Assembly: GCF_000022265.1 (NCBI RefSeq)
Contig: NC_011979.1
Span: 990,001 to 1,022,000, forward strand
DNA length: 32,000 nt
Origin: Geotalea daltonii FRC-32
Lineage (GTDB): Bacteria; Desulfobacterota; Desulfuromonadia; Geobacterales; Geobacteraceae
Reading direction: 5' to 3'
Under the pieces are notes generated by a model. That model ran no database searches. It had not been told where the DNA came from and was given only the letters and a program-made list of their open reading frames with translations. Positions 7,190 to 16,349 of this stretch are shown piece after piece. The translations under genes were made by a program, and so were the position numbers. Each line of letters opens with the position of its first letter. The first letter of the stretch is position 1.

Positions 7190-9073
7190 CTACCTCTTTG
7201 ATTTTTTTGACTTCGATTTTCCTGACTTGTTTTTCCCGCTTTTCCTGCCCGCTTTGCTTTTCTTCGACTTGTGACTCTTCTTTTTGTATTTCTTTGGTTC
7301 CGGAGACATTTCGTCCTTTATATTGCTGAGAAGCACCGTTGTTTCTTCCAGTTCCGGGTTGGCTTTCTTCGCTGCTTCCAGGGCTTCCTTGGCCTCGGTT
7401 ATGTGGCCGCTTTTCATGTAGGCTCTTCCCAGTGCATTGAGCGCTTTTGCATGATCGGCCTTCAGTGCCGTCGCTTCCTTGTAGTGATCTGTTGCCGCAG
7501 TGTAGTCTTTCTTGAACTCGTACATAAGACCGAGTTTATAGTGGCTGTTGGGGTCCTTGGGATTTTGTTCCACACCTTCCTTGAGCAGGCCGATCAGTTC
7601 GTCGTATTTCTTGTTCTTCACATAAATGGAGGTAAGGGCAGTGCGGGCGTCATTGTCATCTTTTTTCACTTTCAGTACTGCCTGATACTCCTTTGCCGCT
7701 TCCTCGTTCTGGTTTTTCTTCCTGTAAAGCTGTGCAAGTTCCCGATGTGCCTCAATGTTGTCCGGTTCAAGCTTTGTCGTTGCCAGGTATTCCGATATGG
7801 CGGTTGTGTAATCCTTGCTGCTGACATATACCCGAGCCAGTTTCAGATGGGTCGCGGCATCATCGTTTTTAAGCTTTAGCAATGCATGGTACTGCTCAAT
7901 GGCCTGGGGATAACTGCCGCGTTGGGTATAGATGTCAGCCAGCCTGCGTCTTGCGTCCAGATTGTCGGCAGCAGTGGAAAGATATTGTCGGTACTCGACC
8001 ACCGCTTCGTCGAGAAGTGCCTGGCGCTCATAGAGAACGCCCAGTTTGTAGTGAATAATGTCATCCCCTGCCTTAAGCCTCACCGCTTCTTTGTAGTATG
8101 TTATGGCGTCATCGTCATTGTTGACTGCCATGCAGGCGTCCCCCAGTTTTTGCAGGGCTTCGGGCCAATCGGGTTTTTCCTTGAGAGCCGCCTTATATTC
8201 GGCAATGGCCTTTTCGAATTCCTTGGTTGCCATGAATGAATCGCCCTGGCGCAGATAATCCGGGAGCGACGCGGTTTCCGACTTTACCTGCACTCCTGCC
8301 AGAAGGGACTCGTATTCAGCGCTCTTCCTGTCTCCTTTTTTTTCATAGGCTTCGGCCAAAAGCCTATGAATTTCCTTGTTACCGGGATCGGCCGACTGGG
8401 CTTTTTTCAATTCGTCAATGGCCTTGTCAAACTCGTTTCTGCCGAAGGAAATGGCAGCCACACCGATTCTCGCCCGCACATTTCCCGGATCTGAGGCAAA
8501 AACCTTATTGAACTCCTCTTCAGCGCTGTTTGGCAACCCCGATTTGAGATAGACATCCGCTATATCTGCATGCAGATTTGTGTCGGTGGGCATTTGGGAA
8601 AGAGCTTCATTGTAATGGTAAAGAGCGAGGGAGTTGAGCTTTTTATCGGAAAATATTTTGCCGAGGGCTTTATGGTAAACGCCACTGGAATCGGTTCTTG
8701 TCGCCTTGGTCAACTCGACGACCGCATCATCCTCCTGTTTCTTCTGCAGATATACAAGACCAAGATTGCCGTTGGCAGCGCCGAAATCCGGGTCCTCCTT
8801 GATAGACTCCTGATACTCGGCGATTGCCTTGTCCAGAGCGCCGCTCCGTTCAAAATTCAGCGCCTTGGCGAAATGGACAGCTGCACCTTCCGGGCAGAGC
8901 TCGATGATTTTAGCTTCTACTTCACTGCGTGCAGCTTCATCTTTGATCTCACTCAGGTCTGTGGCCAACTTTTTCGCTTCGGAGCATTTGTCCTTGAAGC
9001 TGAATCCCCAGTCGAAACCGCAGAGAATAAGGGGAGTGAACCCCAGCATAATTAAAGTTGTACGTTTTTTCAT
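7190..9073 (-). CDS. Large TPR-repeat (lipo)protein with polybasic Lys/Ser C-terminal tail
   Basis: ORF is 7190-9136. I prefer the ATG at 9073, giving MKKRTTLIMLGFTPLILCGFDW (signal peptide with a lipobox-like LILC). More than 12 TPR-like repeats follow (A..Y..AL...P....A...LG..Y pattern). The C-terminus is KKYKKKSHKSKKSKAGRKSGKNKSGKSKSKKSKR. Confidence 0.8.
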   Translation of the reverse strand: MKKRTTLIMLGFTPLILCGFDWGFSFKDKCSEAKKLATDLSEIKDEAARSEVEAKIIELCPEGAAVHFAKALNFERSGALDKAIAEYQESIKEDPDFGAANGNLGLVYLQKKQEDDAVVELTKATRTDSSGVYHKALGKIFSDKKLNSLALYHYNEALSQMPTDTNLHADIADVYLKSGLPNSAEEEFNKVFASDPGNVRARIGVAAISFGRNEFDKAIDELKKAQSADPGNKEIHRLLAEAYEKKGDRKSAEYESLLAGVQVKSETASLPDYLRQGDSFMATKEFEKAIAEYKAALKEKPDWPEALQKLGDACMAVNNDDDAITYYKEAVRLKAGDDIIHYKLGVLYERQALLDEAVVEYRQYLSTAADNLDARRRLADIYTQRGSYPQAIEQYHALLKLKNDDAATHLKLARVYVSSKDYTTAISEYLATTKLEPDNIEAHRELAQLYRKKNQNEEAAKEYQAVLKVKKDDNDARTALTSIYVKNKKYDELIGLLKEGVEQNPKDPNSHYKLGLMYEFKKDYTAATDHYKEATALKADHAKALNALGRAYMKSGHITEAKEALEAAKKANPELEETTVLLSNIKDEMSPEPKKYKKKSHKSKKSKAGRKSGKNKSGKSKSKKSKR

Positions 9074-9307
9074 AGGCCCTCTCAAAGTCATTATCATTAC
9101 CATTACCGGCTGGAACCGATTCTCAGTAACCCGCAAGCCTGCTTAATGCGTGAAAAAGTCTTTAGTCAAAAGGACTCCTGCCCGCCAACCGGGGTGATTA
9201 TACACGCCGGTATTCCATAATTCAATTCCTAAGAGTGGAGAAAGGCTTAATGACGCCTTTTTACGTCCATAGTGTTTCCGCCAACAGCGCCACAAGGGCG
9301 GATTGGC

Positions 9308-9336
9308 TTGACTTTCGCGGTAAAGATGGTTAAATC
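9308..9336 (+). promoter_or_regulatory. Possible promoter for hsp20-lon
   Basis: TTGACT (9308-9313), 17 nt spacer, TAAATC (9331-9336). It lies inside the 5' extension of the long ORF 9272-9880, which argues for the downstream start of hsp20. Motif match only, and I cannot assign the sigma factor. Confidence 0.35.
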
Positions 9337-9421
9337 AACAAAATCAAGCATTGTATCTATGGCATTTGAAAAGGGGCAGGACAAGCTCCTGGTTTTGCAA
9401 TCCGGCACATCTGGGGTAGTT

Positions 9422-9880
9422 ATGGCGGTGATCCCACGATATCCATTGGAATGGCTGAATTTTTTCCGACAGCAGATGGATGAGATATTTTCCTACCTTT
9501 CGACTTTGGAGGGAAAGGATGGCAGGGAATGTGAATTCTCGCCCAGTGTGGATGTTTTCGAGACGCCGGACAGTTATGTGGTCGAATTTGAGCTGCCGGG
9601 ATTTGCCAGAGAGGATTTGTCACTGACCACATGTTGCAATACAATGGTTTTGGAAGGTGTGAAAAGGGAAGATGACGGTGCTGTCGGGGCGAGTTATATG
9701 TGCATGGAGCGGCAGTTCGGTCATTTCTGCCGGACAGTGGAAATTCCCCCTGCTGTTGATATGGGCAGGGCAAAAGCCAATTATGACAAAGGGGTTCTTT
9801 CTGTCGTTTTTCCCAGATTGCAGGACAAAAATACGCTGATCCGCGACATCCGGATTGAGGAGATTCAACATGGAAAATAA
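9422..9880 (+). CDS. Small heat-shock protein, Hsp20/alpha-crystallin family
   Basis: Alpha-crystallin core PSVDVFETPDSYVVEFELPGFAREDLSLT...ANYDKGVLSVVFPR. Starting at the ATG at 9422 gives the typical ~42-aa N-terminal arm (ORF opens at 9272). Confidence 0.85.
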   Translation: MAVIPRYPLEWLNFFRQQMDEIFSYLSTLEGKDGRECEFSPSVDVFETPDSYVVEFELPGFAREDLSLTTCCNTMVLEGVKREDDGAVGASYMCMERQFGHFCRTVEIPPAVDMGRAKANYDKGVLSVVFPRLQDKNTLIRDIRIEEIQHGK

Positions 9881-12323
9881 GCAGGAAAACGAAGAGCTGA
9901 ACATACCGGACGTCCTGCCGCTTCTGCCTGTAAGGGATGTTGTAGTCTACCCTTACATGATCCTCCCCCTGTTTGTCGGGCGGGAGATATCCATAAATGC
10001 TGTCGATTCGGCACTGTCCAAAGACAGGCTGATCTTTCTCGCGACCCAGAAAGACGTGAGTGAGGAAGATCCTGCTCCAGACATGATTTACGGCGTCGGA
10101 ACAGTAGCCATGATCATGCGCATGCTGAAATTGCCGGACGGCAGGGTGAAAATCCTTGTTCAGGGATTGACCAAAGGGCGCATAACCGAATATATGGAAC
10201 AGAAGCCATTTTATTCCGTGCGTATCGAGCGGATCGTTGAACCACTGTTGCCTGAAAACACACTTGAGACGGAAGCCTTCATGCGCACCGTCAAGGAGCA
10301 GCTGGCGAAAATAGTTTCACTGGGTAAGGTGGTATCTCCCGAAGTCATGGTGATCGTGGAGAACATGCAGGAGGCCGGAAGCCTTGCTGATCTCATTGCC
10401 AGCAACATCGGTCTCAAGGTTGAGGAAGCCCAGGGTCTCCTGGAGATAATCGACCCCATCGAGCGGCTCAAGCGGGTCAACGATTTCCTCAATAAGGAGT
10501 TCGAACTTCTCAGCATGCAGGCCCGCATCCAGTCAGCGGCCAAGGAGGAAATGGGTAAAAGCCAACGGGAATACTACCTTCGGGAGCAGTTGCGGGCTAT
10601 TCAGCAGGAACTGGGGGAGACCGATGCCCGCAGTGAAGAGATTGCCGAACTGCGTAAAGCCATTGCCAACGCGAGAATGCCTCAAAATATCGAAAAAGAG
10701 GCCTTGAAGCAGCTGGGACGCCTGGAACAAATGCATCCTGACGCAGCGGAATCGGGGATGCTGCGTACCTTCCTCGATTGGATGGTCGAACTGCCCTGGA
10801 GCAAGTCCACCAAGGACTCACTGGAAATCAAAAAGGCGAAGGAAATCCTCGATGAGGACCATTACTTCCTGGAGAAGATCAAGGAGCGGATACTGGAGTT
10901 TCTTGCCGTGCGCAAGCTGAAGAAGAAGATGAAAGGCCCGATCCTTTGCTTTGTCGGCCCTCCGGGCGTAGGCAAGACTTCCCTCGGCAAATCCATTGCC
11001 CGGGCCATGGGACGAAAATTTGTCCGTATCTCCCTTGGCGGCGTGCGGGATGAGGCCGAGATCAGAGGACATCGCCGGACCTATGTGGGGGCGCTTCCAG
11101 GTCGTATTATCCAGGGATTGAAGCAGGCCGGCTCGAACAACCCTGTCTTCATGCTCGACGAACTTGACAAACTGGGGGCAGATTTCCGTGGTGACCCGTC
11201 TTCTGCTCTTCTGGAGGTGCTCGATCCGGAGCAGAATCACTCTTTCTCCGACCATTACATAAATCTGCCCTTTAATCTTTCAGATGTCATGTTTATTGCC
11301 ACGGCCAATCAGATGGATACCATTCCCGGACCGCTACGCGACCGGATGGAGGTAATCAGCCTTTCCGGCTACACGGAAGAGGAAAAACTCCAGATCGCCA
11401 AGCGTTATCTGGTCCCCAGGCAGACCAAGGAGAACGGTATCACCGAGAAAATCATCACCTTCTCCGATGAGGCACTGAAAACCATCATCTCCAAATATAC
11501 CCGCGAGGCAGGGCTCAGGAACCTGGAGCGGGAAATCGGATCCGTCTGCCGGAAGGTGGCCCGCCGGGTCGCGGAAGGGGAGAAGCGGCAGTTCCCGATC
11601 AATGCTGCCACCGTCACCAAGTATCTAGGCCCGCCGCGATTCATACGGGAAGAAGAAATGAAGCAGAACGAGATCGGGGTTGTCACCGGCCTTGCATGGA
11701 CTCCTGTCGGCGGCGAAGTCCTTTTCATAGAAGCGACTATTATGAAAGGCAAAGGGGGGCTATCCCTGACCGGGCAGCTGGGGGATGTGATGAAGGAGTC
11801 GGTTCACGCGGCTCTGTCCTACATCCGCACCCGTGCTGTTGAGCTGCACCTGACGGAGGATTTTTACAGCAACATGGATATTCACGTCCATGTCCCGGCC
11901 GGAGCCATACCCAAGGATGGCCCGTCGGCCGGCGTCACCATGGCGACTGCACTTGTCTCGGCACTGACCAAAACGCCGGTTAAAAAGGATGTTGCCATGA
12001 CCGGTGAGATTACACTGCGGGGAAAGGTTCTCCCAATCGGCGGTCTCAAGGAGAAGATTCTCGCCGCTATCCGGCTTGGGATAGTTACCATTATCATTCC
12101 CGAACAGAACCGCAAGGATATTGAAGATGTTCCCCGGCATATCCTGAAGAAGGTGAAGATTGTTTATGCCAGCACCATCGACGACGTACTGAAGGTGGCC
12201 CTGGAAAAATACCCACCGACTCCGCCGGGGACGGTGAAAAACATGCCCCCCAAGACCAAGGCGCATACGACGCGGGTTCTGGTTTCATCCCGTAAAGGCA
12301 TAGTGGCGGGGGCAAAGGTGTGA
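9870..12323 (+). CDS. lon: ATP-dependent Lon protease (LonA type)
   Basis: N-terminal [23 protein letters not shown], Walker [14 protein letters not shown], and protease Ser motif [17 protein letters not shown] lies 7 nt upstream of the ATG at 9870. It overlaps the hsp20 stop by 11 nt. Confidence 0.95.
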   Translation: MENKQENEELNIPDVLPLLPVRDVVVYPYMILPLFVGREISINAVDSALSKDRLIFLATQKDVSEEDPAPDMIYGVGTVAMIMRMLKLPDGRVKILVQGLTKGRITEYMEQKPFYSVRIERIVEPLLPENTLETEAFMRTVKEQLAKIVSLGKVVSPEVMVIVENMQEAGSLADLIASNIGLKVEEAQGLLEIIDPIERLKRVNDFLNKEFELLSMQARIQSAAKEEMGKSQREYYLREQLRAIQQELGETDARSEEIAELRKAIANARMPQNIEKEALKQLGRLEQMHPDAAESGMLRTFLDWMVELPWSKSTKDSLEIKKAKEILDEDHYFLEKIKERILEFLAVRKLKKKMKGPILCFVGPPGVGKTSLGKSIARAMGRKFVRISLGGVRDEAEIRGHRRTYVGALPGRIIQGLKQAGSNNPVFMLDELDKLGADFRGDPSSALLEVLDPEQNHSFSDHYINLPFNLSDVMFIATANQMDTIPGPLRDRMEVISLSGYTEEEKLQIAKRYLVPRQTKENGITEKIITFSDEALKTIISKYTREAGLRNLEREIGSVCRKVARRVAEGEKRQFPINAATVTKYLGPPRFIREEEMKQNEIGVVTGLAWTPVGGEVLFIEATIMKGKGGLSLTGQLGDVMKESVHAALSYIRTRAVELHLTEDFYSNMDIHVHVPAGAIPKDGPSAGVTMATALVSALTKTPVKKDVAMTGEITLRGKVLPIGGLKEKILAAIRLGIVTIIIPEQNRKDIEDVPRHILKKVKIVYASTIDDVLKVALEKYPPTPPGTVKNMPPKTKAHTTRVLVSSRKGIVAGAKV

Positions 12324-13303
12324 AACTGCACGACCTGGGCGAATTCGGCTTCATTGACCGAATTGCCGCCGCCATTGCCGAAAAAACGACCGTAAAAATC
12401 GGTATCGGTGACGATGCCGCAGCTGTTGAACCGGCACCAGGCCACTTGACGCTGATGACTTCAGACATGCTTATTGAAGGGGTCCATTTCGATCTGAACC
12501 TGAGCGACCCCCTCACTCTTGGCAGGAAATCGCTGGCAGTCAATCTTTCCGACCTGGCAGCCATGGGAGCCAAACCACGTTATTACCTGCTTTCGTTGGC
12601 CATTCCCCAGAGGCTGGATCTGGAATTCCTCGACAAATTTATTTCCGGCATGATGCAGCGTGCCGACCAATTCGGTGTTACGCTGATTGGCGGTGACACC
12701 TGCTCGTCGAAAGGGGGCCTGGCCATTTCTGTGACCGCCATCGGCGAGCAGTTGCCCCAGTTGGTGGTGCGGCGTAGCGGCGCCCGGCCGGGGGATTTGA
12801 TTTTCGTGACGGGAACAATAGGTGACTCGGCTCTTGGGTTGGAACTTTTACGGCAAGGGGAGAAAATCGGACCTTTGATATCCAGGCATCTTGATCCTGA
12901 ACCACGGCTGTCGGCCGGCATTGCCCTGGCAGAGGCGGGTCTGGCAACTGCCATGATCGATATAAGCGACGGGCTTCTCGCCGATCTGGGGCATATTCTG
13001 GAAAAATCAGCTGTAGGTGCCAAGATGGACTTGAAGGGCCTGCCACTCTCCGATCAATACAGGAAAGAAATTACGAAATTTTCGGAAGATTGTTTCTCGC
13101 TTGCCCTTGGCGGTGGGGAGGATTATGAACTGGTCTTTACGGCACCGGTTCTGCTCAAGGACCGGGTCTTTTCATGCATGGAGGCCTGTGGTGTCAATGT
13201 TTCCATGATCGGTGAAATTACTGCAGAAAATCGACTCGCCATTACAGCAGCCGATGGTTCGGTATACCACCCCCGGCGACAGGGATATAACCATTTCGCC
13301 TGA
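12320..13303 (+). CDS. thiL: Thiamine-monophosphate kinase
   Basis: GEFGFIDRI...GIGDDAA...DMLIEGVHF...NLSDLAAMGA...GGDT is the typical ThiL/AIR-synthase-related pattern. The GTG start overlaps the lon stop (GTGA). Confidence 0.85.
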   Translation: MKLHDLGEFGFIDRIAAAIAEKTTVKIGIGDDAAAVEPAPGHLTLMTSDMLIEGVHFDLNLSDPLTLGRKSLAVNLSDLAAMGAKPRYYLLSLAIPQRLDLEFLDKFISGMMQRADQFGVTLIGGDTCSSKGGLAISVTAIGEQLPQLVVRRSGARPGDLIFVTGTIGDSALGLELLRQGEKIGPLISRHLDPEPRLSAGIALAEAGLATAMIDISDGLLADLGHILEKSAVGAKMDLKGLPLSDQYRKEITKFSEDCFSLALGGGEDYELVFTAPVLLKDRVFSCMEACGVNVSMIGEITAENRLAITAADGSVYHPRRQGYNHFA

Positions 13304-13321
13304 GATGCCTGTTCAGGCATC
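13304..13321. terminator. Compact hairpin spanning the 9-nt gap between convergent thiL and yjbQ
   Basis: gatgcct-gttc-aggcatc is a 7-bp stem with a 4-nt loop. The yjbQ stop codon (13313-13315) spans the loop and the first stem base. There is no U-tract, so its function as a terminator is uncertain. Confidence 0.3.
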
Positions 13322-13714
13322 GCCTGTTATCTTGACTGCAACTCTTCGCTCCCGCGGTCCGTCAAATTCGCAAAAATAGATCGCCTGCCAGGTGCCGAGA
13401 ACCAGCTTCGAATTGTCGATGAAGAGGGTTTTTGCCACGCCGATGATGGATGCTTTGACGTGGGCATCCGAGTTCCCTTCGGCATGGGTAAAATAGGGGT
13501 CATTGGGCACCAGTTTGTTGAAGAAGTTTACCATGTCCCGTTGCACGGCAGGGTCTGCTCCCTCGTTGATGGTGATCCCGGCCGTGGTGTGAAGGACGCA
13601 AAGGTGGCAGAGGCCGTAATTCACCTTCGAAACCCTTACCGTGTCCTGTACCTGGTCGGTAATATTGATCAGCTCGGTTCTGCTGTGGCTTTTAATGGTA
13701 ATATATCTGATCAT
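13313..13714 (-). CDS. yjbQ: YjbQ/UPF0047 family protein (secondary thiamine-phosphate synthase family)
   Basis: 133 aa. Family pattern: ITDQV...GLCHLCVLHTTAGITINEGADPAVQRDM...H.EGNSDAHVKASIIG...LVLGTWQAIYFCEFDGPR.R.V. Confidence 0.85.
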   Translation of the reverse strand: MIRYITIKSHSRTELINITDQVQDTVRVSKVNYGLCHLCVLHTTAGITINEGADPAVQRDMVNFFNKLVPNDPYFTHAEGNSDAHVKASIIGVAKTLFIDNSKLVLGTWQAIYFCEFDGPRERRVAVKITGDA

Positions 13715-13745
13715 GGCGCCTCCGCCAGGCCGTCGTGGGGAGTCC

Positions 13746-14138
13746 TCAGTTTCCTATGCCTACGTCATCCGGGTGAACGGTCGGGATTAGCTCACTCTGA
13801 TGGGTACAGACGCTGATAAAGAGGCGGGCGATGAGGTCGTGCATGATGATGGTTTTTTTGTTGCCGCTTTTTGCGAAGGCGGCCTTGACTGCCTTTTTTA
13901 ACGCAGTGTCGCCGCTGACTTCGATGAGGATGTCGATGTCATCCCCTTTACCCACAAGGGCCATTGGGTCGGATGTGGTGTAGATGCCTTTCTCTGCAGC
14001 TATCTTGATTCCTTCTGCAGTCGGATTCAAATCGGCAACCCCGATAATGCTGATGTATGGGTACTTGAGCAACTCTTTCAGCATTGGTGTGCCGGTACGC
14101 CCTCCGCCGATAAGAGCAACGCCTATCTTGTCTGCCAT
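13746..14138 (-). CDS. Small NAD(P)-binding Rossmann-fold protein (resembles only the N-terminal NAD-binding domain of homoserine/aspartate dehydrogenase-like enzymes)
   Basis: AAGGAG lies 6 nt upstream of the ATG at 14138. KIGVALIGGGRTG is a glycine-rich dinucleotide loop followed by IIGVADLN. At only 130 aa it has no catalytic domain. Confidence 0.6.
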   Translation of the reverse strand: MADKIGVALIGGGRTGTPMLKELLKYPYISIIGVADLNPTAEGIKIAAEKGIYTTSDPMALVGKGDDIDILIEVSGDTALKKAVKAAFAKSGNKKTIIMHDLIARLFISVCTHQSELIPTVHPDDVGIGN

Positions 14139-14173
14139 GGCAACTCCTTTGGAAATGGAAATGATCAAAAGGC

Positions 14174-14650
14174 TCAGCGCAAGCCGGTTTTTTTCAGAAC
14201 AATGCCCAGAAATTTATTGATGGGGTTATTGCGCCCGAGGAAGGGGAGCAGCGGATCTTTCCTGCTGCCCAGACGTTCCAGTTCTTTGGATATGTCAGGG
14301 TTCCTGCCATTTCTCAGCCCCATGCGGAATATTCTTATTGCTTCCTTTTTCTGCCCGGCCAGGAGATGTATCCTCCCAAGGTACAGGAAATGTTCCGGAT
14401 TGCGAGGCTCATGCTTAATGGCTTCCTTGCACAGTGAGATCGCCTTGGCAAAATTCCTCTTTTCCTTTGCCAGGCAGAGTCCAAGACGTGAAAGAGAAGC
14501 CGGATTCCGCTCCAGTGCAACCGCCTTTTCAAAATATTTCAGGGCGGACAGAAATCTTCCGGAGTTGAAAGCTTCCACTCCGCTTTCGTAATGGTCTTTG
14601 GCTTCCTGCTCATTGCTTTTTGCTGTGCCGTTTGCCGAGTTGGTTTTCAT
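14174..14650 (-). CDS. Small TPR-repeat protein
   Basis: AGGAAGG lies upstream of the ATG at 14650 (ORF opens at 14725). It has three TPR-like repeats (YESGVEAFNSGRFLSALKYFEKAVALERN..., AISLCKEAIKHEPRNPEHFLYLGRIHLLAGQKKEAIRIFRMGL). Confidence 0.65.
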   Translation of the reverse strand: MKTNSANGTAKSNEQEAKDHYESGVEAFNSGRFLSALKYFEKAVALERNPASLSRLGLCLAKEKRNFAKAISLCKEAIKHEPRNPEHFLYLGRIHLLAGQKKEAIRIFRMGLRNGRNPDISKELERLGSRKDPLLPFLGRNNPINKFLGIVLKKTGLR

Positions 14651-14827
14651 CGTGCCTTCCTGTGGGACGGGCTGAATAAAGTGCTGTTGGCAAATGTTTA
14701 AAATATACTCAAAAATGCCTGTCATTACAATGTCAAAAAATAATAAGGCTCAACCGTTGCCCGATGAGAAGCAACTTCCATATCGGATGCCGGGTGGGCC
14801 AAGCTTTTCCAACAACTGCTCGCAGGG

Positions 14828-15352
14828 TTGAAAAAACAAAAGATTTATGTTCTAATCGCCAAGGTGAAAGCGACGGCTTACATAGCTCTCGGATCAAACC
14901 TGGGAGACCGGGAGCTTAACCTGCTGCGTGGGGTGGCCGAGCTGGGGAAACTTTCCCGGACCCAGGTCACGGCCCTTTCCGGCTTTTACCAAACCGAGCC
15001 TGTCGGAGGAGTACCCCAGGCTGATTTTTACAATGCGGTCGCCAGGATAAACACCGAGCATTCCCCCCTTGAACTTCTTGACGAGCTTCAGCGCATCGAA
15101 TCAGGCATTTTCAGGAGAAAGAAAGAAGCGCACTGGGGCCCCCGGCCGATTGATCTGGATATTCTTTTCTACAATGATGAAGTAATCACAGGTGAAAGAC
15201 TGACCATTCCCCATCCACGACTTCATGAGCGACGGTTCGTTCTTCAGCCTCTTGCCGAGATAGCTCCCGACCTGGTGCATCCACTACTGCATAAAACAAT
15301 CGCTGACCTGCTGGCTGTCCTGAAGGCGCCGGAGCGGGTCGAAAAACTCTAG
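14828..15352 (+). CDS. folK: 2-amino-4-hydroxy-6-hydroxymethyldihydropteridine diphosphokinase
   Basis: AYIALGSNLGDR...QTEPVG...Q.DFYNAV...RPIDLDILFY...L.IPHPRLHERRFVL.PL is the HPPK signature. The start is uncertain: TTG at 14828 or in-frame GTG at 14864. Confidence 0.85.
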   Translation: MKKQKIYVLIAKVKATAYIALGSNLGDRELNLLRGVAELGKLSRTQVTALSGFYQTEPVGGVPQADFYNAVARINTEHSPLELLDELQRIESGIFRRKKEAHWGPRPIDLDILFYNDEVITGERLTIPHPRLHERRFVLQPLAEIAPDLVHPLLHKTIADLLAVLKAPERVEKL

Positions 15353-15363
15353 GAGGATAAGCT

Positions 15364-15633
15364 TTGGCAAAGTTGCTGGTGCTGATCCTTGTCGGTTACA
15401 TACTCTACAAAATGTTTAAAGGCCGTTCTGCGGCCAAGGAAGTCCGCAGGGATGCGGATCAGGAGGAAGAAACATTCAGGGATCCTGTCTGCGGCACCTA
15501 TGTGGCAAGGGGGGATGCTGTCATCGGCAACCTGGAGGGGCGGAAATTGTACTTCTGCTCCATGTCCTGCCTGGAAAAGTTCCGCGATCAATTGGAAAAC
15601 TCAGAAAAAAACAGTATCGGAGGAGAAAAATGA
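15364..15633 (+). CDS. Membrane-anchored YHS/TRASH-domain small protein (putative metal-binding)
   Basis: AGGAGG lies upstream of the TTG at 15364. N-terminal [17 protein letters not shown], then DPVCGTYV...[15 protein letters not shown] (YHS/TRASH Cys pattern). Its stop overlaps the tal start (ATGA). Confidence 0.65.
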   Translation: MAKLLVLILVGYILYKMFKGRSAAKEVRRDADQEEETFRDPVCGTYVARGDAVIGNLEGRKLYFCSMSCLEKFRDQLENSEKNSIGGEK

Positions 15634-16274
15634 AGTTTTTTATCGACACTGCAGATGTGAAGGAGATACGTGAGGCTCATGAGCTGGGAGTGGTGGATGG
15701 CGTTACCACCAATCCGTCGCTCATTGCCAAATCCGGCCGCAAATTTGCGGATGTCATCAAGGAAATATCCGGCATCGTCGACGGTCCCATTTCGGCAGAA
15801 GTGGTTTCCCTCGAACACGATGGCATGATCAGTGAGGCGGAGGAACTGGTAAAGATTCACCCCAACATTGTCATCAAGCTTCCCATGACTCCGGAAGGGC
15901 TCAAGGCGACCAAGACACTTTCTGCAAAGGGAATCAAGACCAACGTCACTCTCATATTCACACCCATGCAGGCGCTTTTGGCGGCAAAGGCCGGCGCTAC
16001 CTATGTCTCTCCATTTGTCGGCCGTCTGGATGATATCTCCCAGGACGGCATGGGCATCATCGAGGAAATCCGCACTATCTTCGATAACTACGGCTATACG
16101 GCGGAAATCATCGTTGCCAGCATCAGGAATCCGATTCATGTGCTCAATTCGGCCCTGATCGGCGCCGATGTGGCGACCATCCCTTTCTCGGTGATCATGC
16201 AGCTGGCAAAACATCCACTGACCGATGCCGGGATCAAGAAATTCCTCGAAGACTGGGAAAAAGTTCCCAAGTAG
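15630..16274 (+). CDS. tal: Short-type transaldolase / fructose-6-phosphate aldolase family
   Basis: 214 aa. [34 protein letters not shown]...IKLPMT.EGLKA...L...GI.TNVTLIF is characteristic of the TalC/Fsa subfamily. Confidence 0.9.
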   Translation: MKFFIDTADVKEIREAHELGVVDGVTTNPSLIAKSGRKFADVIKEISGIVDGPISAEVVSLEHDGMISEAEELVKIHPNIVIKLPMTPEGLKATKTLSAKGIKTNVTLIFTPMQALLAAKAGATYVSPFVGRLDDISQDGMGIIEEIRTIFDNYGYTAEIIVASIRNPIHVLNSALIGADVATIPFSVIMQLAKHPLTDAGIKKFLEDWEKVPK

Positions 16275-16294
16275 CAGGTTGAAGTTACAAATGC

Positions 16295-16335
16295 AAAGCC
16301 CCGGCAGATATCCGTCTGCCGGGGCTTTGTTTATT
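16295..16335. terminator. Bidirectional rho-independent terminator between convergent tal and dedA
   Basis: aaagccccggcaga (16295-16308), loop tatccg, tctgccggggcttt (16315-16328), then gtttatt. This is a 14-bp perfect stem. Confidence 0.8.
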
Positions 16336-16349
16336 GTGCCTTGTGAGCT

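Noticed and set aside
9272-9421. The long form of hsp20, starting at 9272 (202 aa).
   Set aside because: The extension has no homology-like features. It contains a promoter-like TTGACT-N17-TAAATC motif, and it would give an atypically long N-terminal arm for an alpha-crystallin protein. The ATG at 9422 fits the family architecture.
9137-9421. A CIRCE (HrcA) operator or classical sigma32 -10 element (CCCCATNT) in front of hsp20-lon.
   Set aside because: No TTAGCACTC-N9-GAGTGCTAA-like inverted repeat and no CCCCAT box are visible. Only a sigma70-like motif was found.
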